Assembly: GCA_041653755.1 (NCBI GenBank)
Contig: JBAZEU010000001.1
Coordinates: forward strand, 65,398 to 129,397
Length of the DNA stretch: 64,000 nucleotides
DNA from: Minisyncoccota bacterium
GTDB lineage: Bacteria; Patescibacteriota; Minisyncoccia; UBA6257; UBA9933
Reading direction: 5' to 3'
This document shows positions 10,636 through 19,498 of the stretch, one piece after another. Made by a program: the position numbers and the translations under genes. Position 1 is the stretch's first letter. Every line of letters starts with the position of its first letter. The notes under the pieces are model-generated. The model saw only the letters and a list, made by a program, of their open reading frames with translations. It was not told the DNA's origin and did no database searches.

Positions 10636-11445
10636 ATGAACAATTCTATCGATTACAAAAAACTCGCCCATGATACAAGAAAAACCGTTTTGCGTTTGGT
10701 TTATCAGGGCCAAAGTTCTCATATCGGCTCCAATTTTTCTTGCATAGACATACTTACTGTTCTTTATAATATCGCTAATATAGATAAGGATTTGAAAGAA
10801 GATCGGGACAGAATAATGATTTCTAAGGGCTGGGTTGCCGCGACTGTTTACGCTCTTTTAGCCGAAAAAGGAATTATTCCGAAAGAAGACTTAGAAACGT
10901 ATTATAAAGACGGAAGCAAATATATCGGTCTTTTGGAGCCAACTGTTCGGGGGATAGAAGCGGCTGGTGGTTCAATGGGTTTTGGCATGCCTTTTGGAGT
11001 TGGATTCGCCATCGCAAAAAAGATAAAAAAAGAGATAGGAAAAGTTTTTGTTTTGATGGGTGACGGAGAAGTAGCGATAGGTACTACATGGGAATCCGCT
11101 TTAATAGCGGCTCAAAATAAACTAGATAATTTGTATGTAATTATTGATGCGAATAATTTGCAGGCAATGGGGACAGTCGAAGAAGTTTTAAATATTGAAC
11201 CGCTTAAAAACAAATGGGAATCGTTCGGTTGGGAAATTCGGGAAATTGACGGGCATAATTTTGAACAAATAGAAAAAGCGCTTGCTTCTGCGCCGCTTCA
11301 ATCAGGGAAGCCGGTGATTATTATCGCCAGAACAATCAAGGGTAAAGGAGTAAGTTTTATGGAAGGAAATAATTTGTATCATTATAAAATGTTATCTGAC
11401 GACGAATATCAAAGAGCATTAAAAGAGTTAGAAATAAATGGGTGA
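10636..11445 (+). CDS. Transketolase-like protein, N-terminal TPP-binding subunit
   Basis: SHIGSNFS, GDGE TPP motif, DGHN, TIKGKGVSFME. Confidence 0.88.
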   Translation: MNNSIDYKKLAHDTRKTVLRLVYQGQSSHIGSNFSCIDILTVLYNIANIDKDLKEDRDRIMISKGWVAATVYALLAEKGIIPKEDLETYYKDGSKYIGLLEPTVRGIEAAGGSMGFGMPFGVGFAIAKKIKKEIGKVFVLMGDGEVAIGTTWESALIAAQNKLDNLYVIIDANNLQAMGTVEEVLNIEPLKNKWESFGWEIREIDGHNFEQIEKALASAPLQSGKPVIIIARTIKGKGVSFMEGNNLYHYKMLSDDEYQRALKELEING

Positions 11446-11944
11446 AATAATAAGACAACTTGATACAAGAAGAGTTTTTCTAAATACTCTTATAGAACTT
11501 GCCGAGAAAGACGACAAAATCGTTTTGATTATTCCGGATGTCGGATTTAATTATATCGAGGATTTCCAGAAAAAATTCCCGGATAGATTTTTTAACTTCG
11601 GAGTGACAGAGCAAAGCACGATGATTATTGCCGCGGGTCTCGCTCTTGCCGGATTTAAGCCCTATGTTTACTCAATGATAAACTTTGTTGTTTTTCGTCC
11701 GTACGAAATGGTTAGAAACGCAATTTGTCTTCACAACGCCAACGTAAAGCTTGTCGGAGTGAAAGGCAGCGAGAAATACAAATTTTTAGGTTTCAGTCAT
11801 AACATGATAGTTGAGGATGAAGACATAAAGGCCTTATCAAATTTCCCGAACATAAAATCTTACATTGTCACAGACCCCGAAAAAGTTAAAGACCTTATTA
11901 TAGAAACACACAATGATAGTTCGCCTTGTTACATACGGCTTTGA
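11438..11944 (+). CDS. Transketolase-like pyrimidine-binding subunit (no C-terminal domain)
   Basis: FPDRFFNFGVTEQ, AAGLAL, ends PCYIRL. Confidence 0.85.
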   Translation: MGEIIRQLDTRRVFLNTLIELAEKDDKIVLIIPDVGFNYIEDFQKKFPDRFFNFGVTEQSTMIIAAGLALAGFKPYVYSMINFVVFRPYEMVRNAICLHNANVKLVGVKGSEKYKFLGFSHNMIVEDEDIKALSNFPNIKSYIVTDPEKVKDLIIETHNDSSPCYIRL

Positions 11945-11981
11945 TGGACGGGCAATATCGTAAAAGCGACTAAGAACTTTT

Positions 11982-12401
11982 ATGAAAATAATAAAAATTT
12001 CTACTCGAAAAGTAGCGCCCGGTAACCCAAGGAATGATCGTGGCAGAAGAACTTGGGAGTGGGATCAAAAAGACAATAAACAGATAGTTTTTTCTTTCAG
12101 GAGAAAAGGCGAACACTTCGGCAACCATTTTCATAAAGGAAAAGATCCTTCCAAAAATCCAGAAAGATTTCTTTTACTTCAGGGAACCTTTGTGTTTGAT
12201 TTTGTTTATAAAAACGGCAAAAAGCAAAAATTAGTTTTAAGCCCTAAAAAGGGACCTATCGAATTAATTTTGCCTGCCTATGTTTTCCACAAAATTTTTG
12301 CTAAAACCGATTGCTATCACATTGAATACCGAACAACTTATTTTAATCCGAAGAAACCGGATACTTACACCACTGAATTTTTTCCTGTAAAAATTAAATA
12401 A
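11982..12401 (+). CDS. Cupin-fold protein, possible sugar isomerase
   Basis: DRGR, GNHFH, PAYVFH resemble cupin motifs. Confidence 0.5.
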   Translation: MKIIKISTRKVAPGNPRNDRGRRTWEWDQKDNKQIVFSFRRKGEHFGNHFHKGKDPSKNPERFLLLQGTFVFDFVYKNGKKQKLVLSPKKGPIELILPAYVFHKIFAKTDCYHIEYRTTYFNPKKPDTYTTEFFPVKIK

Positions 12402-12455
12402 AAAATAAACAATACATTGATTTTTTTAAAAATCAATGTATGCTAAAAATATACT

Positions 12456-13583
12456 ATGAAATACAAAGTAAATTTTATTAATTCAAGTTATCGCCGATAC
12501 TACAAAGCTCATAAAAAAGAGATATTAAAGGCGGTTGATAAATGTTTTTCTTTGGGCAATTTTGTTTTGAGGAAAGACGTGTTGGAGTTTGAAGGAAAAC
12601 TGGCAAAGTTTGTGGGGACAAAGTACGCTGTCGGAGTTAATTCAGGGACAGACGCCTTAAAACTTTCCTATAAGTCATTGGGTTGTGGGCATGGAGATGA
12701 GGTTATAACTGTTGGTCATACTTTTATCGCGTCAATTGAGGAAATAGTCCATTTGGGTGCAAAACCTGTTTTAATTGATGTCGGAGAAGATGGACTAATG
12801 GATGTTTCTCAAATTGAAAAAGCGATCACCAAAAAAACCGTCGGGATTGTGCCGGTTCATTTGTCCGGAAAAGTGTGTGATATGGATGAAATTATGAAGA
12901 TAGCCAAAAAATATAAGTTATGGGTTGTGGAAGACGCTTGTCAGTCCCTGGGAGCGTACTGGGGCAACAAAAAGTCGGGGAGTATAGGAGACACGGGCTG
13001 TTTTAGTTTTATATCTCCCAAGACCTTAGGTGGCGCCGGAGATGCAGGCGGAATAGTTACTAATGATCGAAAATTATATGAGAAGTTGTTGTTAATGAGA
13101 AACCATTGGAATATTACTCAAGGAGCATTGCATGGAGTTCAGCCCAAAGCGCCCAAGATTATGGAGTGGGGATATAACAGCCGGCTTGATAATATTCAAG
13201 CAGCGATTTTAAATATAAAAATTAAATATTATCCGGCAATGCTTAGGAGAAGAAGGGCAATAGGGATGATGTACAATAAAGGACTGAAAAATTTGCCCTG
13301 CATTTTGCCAATTCAGCAGCCAAAACAAATTTATCAAGAATATATTATCAAAGTAAAAGATATGTGGAAATTTAAAAAATATATGGACGAGCAAGGAGTA
13401 GAACTTCTGATTAGGGATACGATTCCGAACCATAAATTAAAAGGATTGGGGATGGAACATTTTAATCTGCCGGTTACCGAAAAAATAGCAACAGAATCTG
13501 TAAGATTGCCAACTTATCCGGAATTGACTGACGAAGACGTTAAATTCGTAATCAAATCAATTAAAGATTTTTATTCGAAATAA
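12456..13583 (+). CDS. DegT/DnrJ aminotransferase
   Basis: NSGTDAL, EDACQSLGA, SFISPKTLGGAGDAG, NSRLD. Confidence 0.9.
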   Translation: MKYKVNFINSSYRRYYKAHKKEILKAVDKCFSLGNFVLRKDVLEFEGKLAKFVGTKYAVGVNSGTDALKLSYKSLGCGHGDEVITVGHTFIASIEEIVHLGAKPVLIDVGEDGLMDVSQIEKAITKKTVGIVPVHLSGKVCDMDEIMKIAKKYKLWVVEDACQSLGAYWGNKKSGSIGDTGCFSFISPKTLGGAGDAGGIVTNDRKLYEKLLLMRNHWNITQGALHGVQPKAPKIMEWGYNSRLDNIQAAILNIKIKYYPAMLRRRRAIGMMYNKGLKNLPCILPIQQPKQIYQEYIIKVKDMWKFKKYMDEQGVELLIRDTIPNHKLKGLGMEHFNLPVTEKIATESVRLPTYPELTDEDVKFVIKSIKDFYSK

Positions 13584-15467
13584 ATGCTTAAAGATTTTTT
13601 AGTAGCTAAGAAAAAACCTATTTTATTGATCGCCGACATTATTTTAGTTGGCGCGGCCTTACTTTTAGCTTTTGTTTTGCGATTTGATGGCGTCATCCCG
13701 CAAGAATATTACACTCGTCTCCCAGCGTTTATTTTGTTAATAGTAGTTCTTAATATTTATTTCATCTGGCGTCAGGGATTATACACTTTAAATTTAGAAT
13801 TTATCGGGCTGAGAGAAATACTCCAACTTTTAAAAGCCGTTACTTTTGCCAATTTTATTTTTGCTTTAGCGGTTTTGTCTAGTCGAGAAACTCTGACCTT
13901 ATTTTCCGGTTTTCCAAGATCAATAATCTTAATTAATTATCTTTTAGATTTGCTTTTTATAAGTTCTTTGAGGGTCTCTCGGCGTGCCCTTCAAGAATTT
14001 GCTGAAAAGAAGTTCTTCGAAAACGGCGAAGAAACCTTGGTCGTTGGTGCTTCCACTGAAGGAGAACAAATCTTAAGAAATCTTCTGCAAAATAAAAACG
14101 ACCTATATTACCCCGTTGGCATTATTGATCATCGTTTTGATAAGCAAAAAACGTCAATTCATGGGATTCCGGTTTTGGGTGGCGTTGAAGACATTCCGAA
14201 GTTTATAAAAAGTTATAACGTAAAGCATGTAATTATTGCTTTGAAAGCGGTTGAGTCAGATGTTATTCGTAAGGCAACTAATCTTTCTAGGGAAGCTGGA
14301 ATAAAAGACATAAGAATTATTCCTGATACTTATGAAATAATCTCTGGCCAATTAAAACTTACTGACATCAGAGAGATTCAGGTTGAGGATCTTTTGGGCA
14401 GAGAACCAGCGAAAATCGATACGACCTTAATCAACAAGTTTATTAAAAACAAAGTAGTTTTGATAACAGGCGCAGCCGGCTCAATTGGCTCTGAAATTTG
14501 TCGCCAAGTTGCAGGATTCGAACCGAAAGAATTAGCTATTTTAGATATTAACGAAAGCGGTATTTTTGACATGAATACCGAACTTGAAACTTCTTTCCCT
14601 AAGTTGAAATTAAAATTAATCGTGGCAAATATCGTTGATAAAGATACGATTAATTCTTTGATGGCAGAAATAAAACCGGATGTTGTTTTCCACGCTGCAG
14701 CATATAAGCATGTTCCTTTGATGGAGGATTATCCCGGTGAAGCGGTGAAAACAAATATTTTTGGGACCTTAAATGTTGCCGAAGCGGCTGTTAAAAATAA
14801 TGTTAAGAAATTCGTCTTAATTTCAACCGATAAAGCTATAAGACCGAATTCGGTAATGGGTAAGAGTAAGCGAATCACTGAATTAGTTGGTCAGGATTTG
14901 AATAAAGAAAATAAAACTAAATTTGTTGCTGTTCGATTTGGAAATGTCTTAGCGTCTCGGGGGAGTGTTATCCCTCGTTTCAAGGAGCAGATTAGAAAAA
15001 GGGTACCGGTTACGGTAACTCATCCCGACATGACAAGATATTTTATGACGATTCCTGAGGCAGCTCTTTTAGTCACTGAAGCCGGTGCGGTTGGAGAAGG
15101 TGGAGAGATATTTATGCTTGATATGGGGAAGCCGGTAAAAATTCTTGATTTAGCTAAAGAAACTATTCGATTGGCTGGATTGGAGCCGGATGTTGACGTT
15201 CCCATAGTTTTTACCGGAGTCAGGCCCGGAGAAAAAATATTTGAAGAGATATTTTCCGAAGAAGAAAAAAGAGTTGGTACCACTCAATGGGACAAAATTT
15301 TTGTTACTAAAACAGAAAAGCCAATCGACGATAAAGTTATTAAAAAAATCTTAAACGACCTCACGAAAGCTTTAAAACAAAAAGAACCTTCTTTTGCGAG
15401 AAAAGTTTTGGATAAATTCTTTTTAGGCGCCTCTAAAAAATCAGGTTCCCCTAAAGATTCTAAGTAA
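13584..15467 (+). CDS. UDP-GlcNAc 4,6-dehydratase, CapD/PglF/WbpM family
   Basis: N-terminal TMs, TGAAGSIGSE, HAAAYKHVP, STDKA, RFGNV, MTRYFMTIPEA. Confidence 0.93.
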   Translation: MLKDFLVAKKKPILLIADIILVGAALLLAFVLRFDGVIPQEYYTRLPAFILLIVVLNIYFIWRQGLYTLNLEFIGLREILQLLKAVTFANFIFALAVLSSRETLTLFSGFPRSIILINYLLDLLFISSLRVSRRALQEFAEKKFFENGEETLVVGASTEGEQILRNLLQNKNDLYYPVGIIDHRFDKQKTSIHGIPVLGGVEDIPKFIKSYNVKHVIIALKAVESDVIRKATNLSREAGIKDIRIIPDTYEIISGQLKLTDIREIQVEDLLGREPAKIDTTLINKFIKNKVVLITGAAGSIGSEICRQVAGFEPKELAILDINESGIFDMNTELETSFPKLKLKLIVANIVDKDTINSLMAEIKPDVVFHAAAYKHVPLMEDYPGEAVKTNIFGTLNVAEAAVKNNVKKFVLISTDKAIRPNSVMGKSKRITELVGQDLNKENKTKFVAVRFGNVLASRGSVIPRFKEQIRKRVPVTVTHPDMTRYFMTIPEAALLVTEAGAVGEGGEIFMLDMGKPVKILDLAKETIRLAGLEPDVDVPIVFTGVRPGEKIFEEIFSEEEKRVGTTQWDKIFVTKTEKPIDDKVIKKILNDLTKALKQKEPSFARKVLDKFFLGASKKSGSPKDSK

Positions 15468-15506
15468 ATCTTTTCGAACGTCTCTAGCTTTTATAAAAAT
15501 CTTTTC

Positions 15507-15536
15507 TGCTATCTCTCGCGGCCGCGAGAGATAGCA
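15507..15536. repeat. Perfect 30-bp palindrome
   Basis: TGCTATCTCTCGCGGCCGCGAGAGATAGCA equals its reverse complement. Confidence 0.95.
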
Positions 15537-15570
15537 AGTAAGTCAAACCTTCACAGGGAAGATAAATTCT

Positions 15571-16794
15571 ATGACTAAAAATAACAAACGAAGAAAAAAG
15601 ATATTCAAAAGAGAGTTTATTCTTGAAAAGTTAGATAAATTAGGAGTAATAACATTTGAAAAAGCTTTAACTATCGCATGGCAAGTATATTCATTCGGCA
15701 CCAAAATGAGTTTACCATACGCGCAATCATACAAAGCGTTGAAGAATTTAAAGCAAACAGAAAATGCTTTTTTAGAAGATTTTAAGACTAGAAAATCTTT
15801 TTCTTCTTTCGTTTCGAAAATGGAGAAAGACGGACTAATCTTAAGAGAAGGAAGGGACAAACTAAGGATAACACATCGAGGGAGAATATTTACGAAGAAA
15901 AAATTAAAAATTCCACCATGGTCCAAGACCTATAAAATTAAAAACATGGATAACGAAAAAGCACTTTTAGCTTCGAATGAAAATTTCGAAAGCATAAAAA
16001 ATATTGACGAAAACGGGGTTGAATATTGGCATGCTCGTAAGTTGATGCCTGTTTTGGGATATGAGAATTGGCAGAAAGCTGAAGAAGTCATAGCAAGAGC
16101 AGCCAGGGCATGTGTTAATAGCGGTCAGGACGTTGACAACCATTTTAACCGAACGGTTAAAATGGTTGAGATAGGATCAAGCAGCGTAAGGGAAGTTAGA
16201 GATTACAAGCTTGATAGATATGCTTGTTATTTAATAGCCCAAAATGGAGATCCAAGCAAAAAAGAAATAGCAGTGGCCCAAACCTATTTTGCTATACAAA
16301 CAAGGAGGCAAGAGGTTTTTGAGCAGTTATCAGACGCAGAAAAGAGACTTTTTATCCGTAACGAAGTTTCAGACTCTAATAAAAAGCTTTTTAAGACAGC
16401 AAGACGAGCTGGCGTGACTAAATTTGGATTGTTTAATGATGCTGGTTATAAAGGGCTTTATGGCATGCCATTGTCTGATGTTGAGAAAAGCAAAGGGATT
16501 AAGAAAGGAGAATTATTAGACAGAGCTAGTTCAACAGAATTAGCAGCTAACTTATTTCGTATTACTCAAACAGACGAGAAGATAATAAAAGAAAGAGTAT
16601 ATGGAGAACGAGAGGCTGCTCAAACTCATTTTATGGTTGGTGGGAAGGTTAGGCAAACTATCAAAGATATCGGGGGAATTCTTCCAGAGCAATTACCCGT
16701 AGAAAAAAATATTAAGCAAATCAAAACAAAAATTAGACAGTTGAAGAAAATCGAGAAAAAGAGGATAAAGGGTTCTGGGGAGGAAGTTAAATAA
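15571..16794 (+). CDS. dinD: DNA damage-inducible protein DinD with a ~125-aa N-terminal winged-helix-like extension
   Basis: From 15946: GVEYWHAR.LM..LGY..W, RYACYLIAQNGDPSK, AQTYFAIQTRRQE, ELAANLFRITQT. Confidence 0.85.
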   Translation: MTKNNKRRKKIFKREFILEKLDKLGVITFEKALTIAWQVYSFGTKMSLPYAQSYKALKNLKQTENAFLEDFKTRKSFSSFVSKMEKDGLILREGRDKLRITHRGRIFTKKKLKIPPWSKTYKIKNMDNEKALLASNENFESIKNIDENGVEYWHARKLMPVLGYENWQKAEEVIARAARACVNSGQDVDNHFNRTVKMVEIGSSSVREVRDYKLDRYACYLIAQNGDPSKKEIAVAQTYFAIQTRRQEVFEQLSDAEKRLFIRNEVSDSNKKLFKTARRAGVTKFGLFNDAGYKGLYGMPLSDVEKSKGIKKGELLDRASSTELAANLFRITQTDEKIIKERVYGEREAAQTHFMVGGKVRQTIKDIGGILPEQLPVEKNIKQIKTKIRQLKKIEKKRIKGSGEEVK

Positions 16795-16829
16795 AATAAT
16801 AGTATAAACAAGGCAATCAAGATACTATA

Positions 16830-16856
16830 AAAAAATCGTCAATAAGACGGTTTTTT
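16830..16856 (+). terminator. Intrinsic terminator after dinD
   Basis: AAAAATCGTC-aataa-GACGGTTTTTT. Confidence 0.65.
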
Positions 16857-16898
16857 ATTAGAACAAAAGAATGTTGTAGATATGATAGCGAACTAATA

Positions 16899-16927
16899 TT
16901 GACGAAATAAATTATTTGTTGTAGATT
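16899..16927 (+). promoter_or_regulatory. Sigma70 promoter of small-ORF cassette
   Basis: TTGACG-17 nt-TAGATT. Confidence 0.6.
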
Positions 16928-16980
16928 AACGATAGTCAAAAACTATAGTTTTGTTTTACAACTAAAAAAGGAGGAACAAG

Positions 16981-17109
16981 ATGGGTTTCAATATGAGATG
17001 TAAGAAATGTAAGAAGAAATGTTATGGTTGGGCAACAACAAAAAACTGCGAGGAATGCGGTGGCGAACTTGAAGAAGTGAAAGAAGAAAAGTCGAGTGAA
17101 AGAAAATAG
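16981..17109 (+). CDS. 42-aa zinc-ribbon microprotein (not in ORF track)
   Basis: MGFNMRCKKCKKKCYGWATTKNCEECGGELEEVKEEKSSERK; AAGGAGG upstream. Confidence 0.7.
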   Translation: MGFNMRCKKCKKKCYGWATTKNCEECGGELEEVKEEKSSERK

Positions 17110-17141
17110 CTTTTCTTTTAAAACCCAACAAAGGGGGCAAT

Positions 17142-17315
17142 ATGGGGATATATATGCTCATAGTTGTGGCCTCGCTGTTCTTGTTGATGAAGATTTTGAA
17201 TAAAAGAAAGCAGGATCGGGAGTTCAAAAGAGAAGTGGAAAAGATTCGGAAAGAACTTGAAGCTCTTGGTTTCAAACCGAACAGGTATGGATACTATGAA
17301 ATTTTCTGGGGGTAG
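17142..17315 (+). CDS. 57-aa single-TM microprotein (not in ORF track)
   Basis: MGIYMLIVVASLFLLMKILNKRKQ...YEIFWG; AAGGGGG upstream; terminator downstream. Confidence 0.65.
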   Translation: MGIYMLIVVASLFLLMKILNKRKQDREFKREVEKIRKELEALGFKPNRYGYYEIFWG

Positions 17316-17353
17316 ACGTACGGCCATCGTGCTTGATGCTCGAGACAAAAAAT

Positions 17354-17391
17354 AAACCGCCTAGTAGCTTTATGCGAACGGCGGTTTTTTT
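17354..17391 (+). terminator. Intrinsic terminator
   Basis: AAACCGCC...GGCGGTTTTTTT. Confidence 0.7.
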
Positions 17392-17457
17392 GCTTGTTTA
17401 AAACAGGGATTAATATCTTTGTTTGTAGGCAAGGTTTAATTAGCATAAATTTTATTC

Positions 17458-17486
17458 TTGACGAATTGAGCAATTTTTGCTATAGT
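17458..17486 (+). promoter_or_regulatory. Sigma70 promoter
   Basis: TTGACG-17 nt-TATAGT with extended TG. Confidence 0.65.
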
Positions 17487-17547
17487 TCGGTTAGCAATTT
17501 AATAATCCTAGAGAATTTCTCTCTGGGTTTAAACATGGAGGTAATTA

Positions 17548-18072
17548 ATGGCAAAGGGGAAAAGCTTTTTGCAGTGGTTGGAAGAAGGGATGAGAGCAAT
17601 CACTCCTGATAAGTTCGTGGAGCCGGCCAAAGAAATCCCTAAGGGGGCTAAAGTGGTCGGAGAAATGAACGAGGATCTGAAAAGGATGTGCAGTTTTTTG
17701 GGCCTTCAGACTGATTTGATAGAAAAGCGCCTTGAACAAGCAGGAAAAGCTTTCCGGGAAAAACTCGAAAAAGCAGAAAAAGAGAAAAAACCTTTCGGCA
17801 TGAAAGAAATTGAAGAAACGTTTTCGAAAGAGTTCCCGGCATCAGAAATGACAGAGATGAAAGTAAAGCTCAATACGTTGAAAGAAGTTTTTTTCGCCTC
17901 CCTAAAAGCAGAATTTGACCTTTGGGAAGAGGAAATCGTGGGGGTGAGTAAAGGATTTAAGGTTTATACCGCCGAGAAAGAAGGTTGTAACTGTCCTTTC
18001 GGAGGTATTATTATTGCAGAGATTCATAGAGGGGGAGAAAGCTCCGGGAAAAAGGATCCTATGGCGAATTAA
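17548..18072 (+). CDS. Hypothetical protein (orphan cassette)
   Basis: 174-aa ORF, GGAGGT SD, own promoter and terminator. Confidence 0.75.
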   Translation: MAKGKSFLQWLEEGMRAITPDKFVEPAKEIPKGAKVVGEMNEDLKRMCSFLGLQTDLIEKRLEQAGKAFREKLEKAEKEKKPFGMKEIEETFSKEFPASEMTEMKVKLNTLKEVFFASLKAEFDLWEEEIVGVSKGFKVYTAEKEGCNCPFGGIIIAEIHRGGESSGKKDPMAN

Positions 18073-18088
18073 ATTCGTAAGTCATACG

Positions 18089-18129
18089 ACGGGAGAAGCA
18101 TATACACTTATATGTTTCTCCCGTTTTTT
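18089..18129 (+). terminator. Intrinsic terminator
   Basis: ACGGGAGAAGCATATA-cact-TATATGTTTCTCCCGT then T-run. Confidence 0.8.
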
Positions 18130-18143
18130 GTTAGAATAAAAAT

Positions 18144-18572
18144 ATGGAAGATAAAATTAGAATCATAAAACTTTGTAGCGCTTGTCTTTTGGGAATAAAG
18201 TGCAGATATGACGGAAAAAGCAGAAAGAACAAGAAAGTATTAAAACTCTTGAAGGGGGATATCTTAATTCCTGTTTGCCCAGAGCAACTTGGCGGTTTAT
18301 CAACCCCAAGAGAAGGAGCAGAGTTGAAAAAAGGTAAGGTTCTAACAAAATCTGGCAAAGACATTACTAAGACTTATTTTAAGGGTGCGAAAGAAACACT
18401 AAAAATCGCAAAACTTCTCGGGGTCAAAAATGCTGTTCTAAAACAAAGAAGCCCTTCTTGCGGATCAGGCCAGGTTAAATTATTAAATGGTTCAGTCGTA
18501 AAAACAGACGGGGTTACAACAGCTTTGTTGAAGAAAAACGGAATAAAAGTAATTTCTGAAGAAGACCTATAA
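18144..18572 (+). CDS. DUF523 / 2-thiouracil desulfurase-family protein
   Basis: SACLLG..CRYDG, PVCPEQLGGLSTPR, SPSCG. Confidence 0.9.
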   Translation: MEDKIRIIKLCSACLLGIKCRYDGKSRKNKKVLKLLKGDILIPVCPEQLGGLSTPREGAELKKGKVLTKSGKDITKTYFKGAKETLKIAKLLGVKNAVLKQRSPSCGSGQVKLLNGSVVKTDGVTTALLKKNGIKVISEEDL

Positions 18573-18603
18573 TCATTTAAGGTTTTTGTTAGAATAAAGA
18601 TAT

Positions 18604-19005
18604 ATGGGAGACATAGTAAAAATATTTATAGTGGCTGGGGTAGTTATCGAGAAAAACGGTAAGTTTTTGCTCGTTCAAGAAAGAAAACAGGATTGTTATG
18701 GGCGATGGAATCTTCCTGCTGGGAAAGTAGAAGAAGGTTTTTCAATCGAAGAAACGGCCGTTAAAGAGACAAAAGAAGAAACTGGTCTTGATGTTGAGCT
18801 GTTGGAGGAAATAGCTATTTTCCATGAATCTTCAGAAAGACCGGTTCAACATGCTTTTAAGGCTAAAATAATTGGTGGAGAACTTAATTTTCGGAAGGAA
18901 GAATTGCTTGACGCGAAATGGTTTTCGATAGAAGAGCTAGGATTTATGAAAGACAAGTTGAGAGGAGATTGGGTGTTGGCTTCAATTAAGAAATCGTTAT
19001 CTTAA
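18604..19005 (+). CDS. NUDIX hydrolase
   Basis: WNLPAGKVEEG...AVKETKEETG. Confidence 0.9.
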   Translation: MGDIVKIFIVAGVVIEKNGKFLLVQERKQDCYGRWNLPAGKVEEGFSIEETAVKETKEETGLDVELLEEIAIFHESSERPVQHAFKAKIIGGELNFRKEELLDAKWFSIEELGFMKDKLRGDWVLASIKKSLS

Positions 19006-19015
19006 ACAGGCCTTA

Positions 19016-19489
19016 ATGATCGTAATTCTCCACAATATTCGTAGTTTATATAATGTCGGTTCTATATTTAGAACTGCGGATGCGGTTGGGGTTGAGAAAA
19101 TTTATTTATGCGGATATACGCCGTCGCCAAAAGATAAATTCGGGAAATATATTCCGCAACTTTCAAAAGTAGCTTTAGGCGCGGAAAAAAGTGTGCCCTG
19201 GGAATCGGCGAGAAATACAGCTGTAGTTATTAAAAAACTCAAAAAGGACGGCTACAAGATTTTTGCGGTTGAACAGTCAAAAAAATCGGTTCCGTACTAT
19301 AAACCTAAAACTAAAGGACTAAAATTGAAAAACATTGCGTTAATTGTAGGAAATGAGGTAAAAGGTATATCGCCTTCAATTTTAAAATTAGCTGATAAAA
19401 TATTGGAAATTCCGATGGCGGGGAGCAAGGAGTCGCTTAATGTTTCAGTAGCTTTTGGCATAGTTGCTTTTGGGTTAAAATATTCATAA
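19016..19489 (+). CDS. SpoU/TrmH-family RNA methyltransferase
   Basis: NIRSLYNVGSIFRT, GNEVKG, IPM.G.KESLNVS. Confidence 0.9.
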   Translation: MIVILHNIRSLYNVGSIFRTADAVGVEKIYLCGYTPSPKDKFGKYIPQLSKVALGAEKSVPWESARNTAVVIKKLKKDGYKIFAVEQSKKSVPYYKPKTKGLKLKNIALIVGNEVKGISPSILKLADKILEIPMAGSKESLNVSVAFGIVAFGLKYS

Positions 19490-19498
19490 AATTAAAAC

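Noticed and set aside
16988-17348. Minus-strand ORFs 16988-17275 and 17118-17348
   Set aside because: They are antisense shadows of two plus-strand microproteins that have SD, promoter and terminator support.
16899-18129. Integron cassette array
   Set aside because: No integron integrase or attC structure; the units have their own promoters and terminators.
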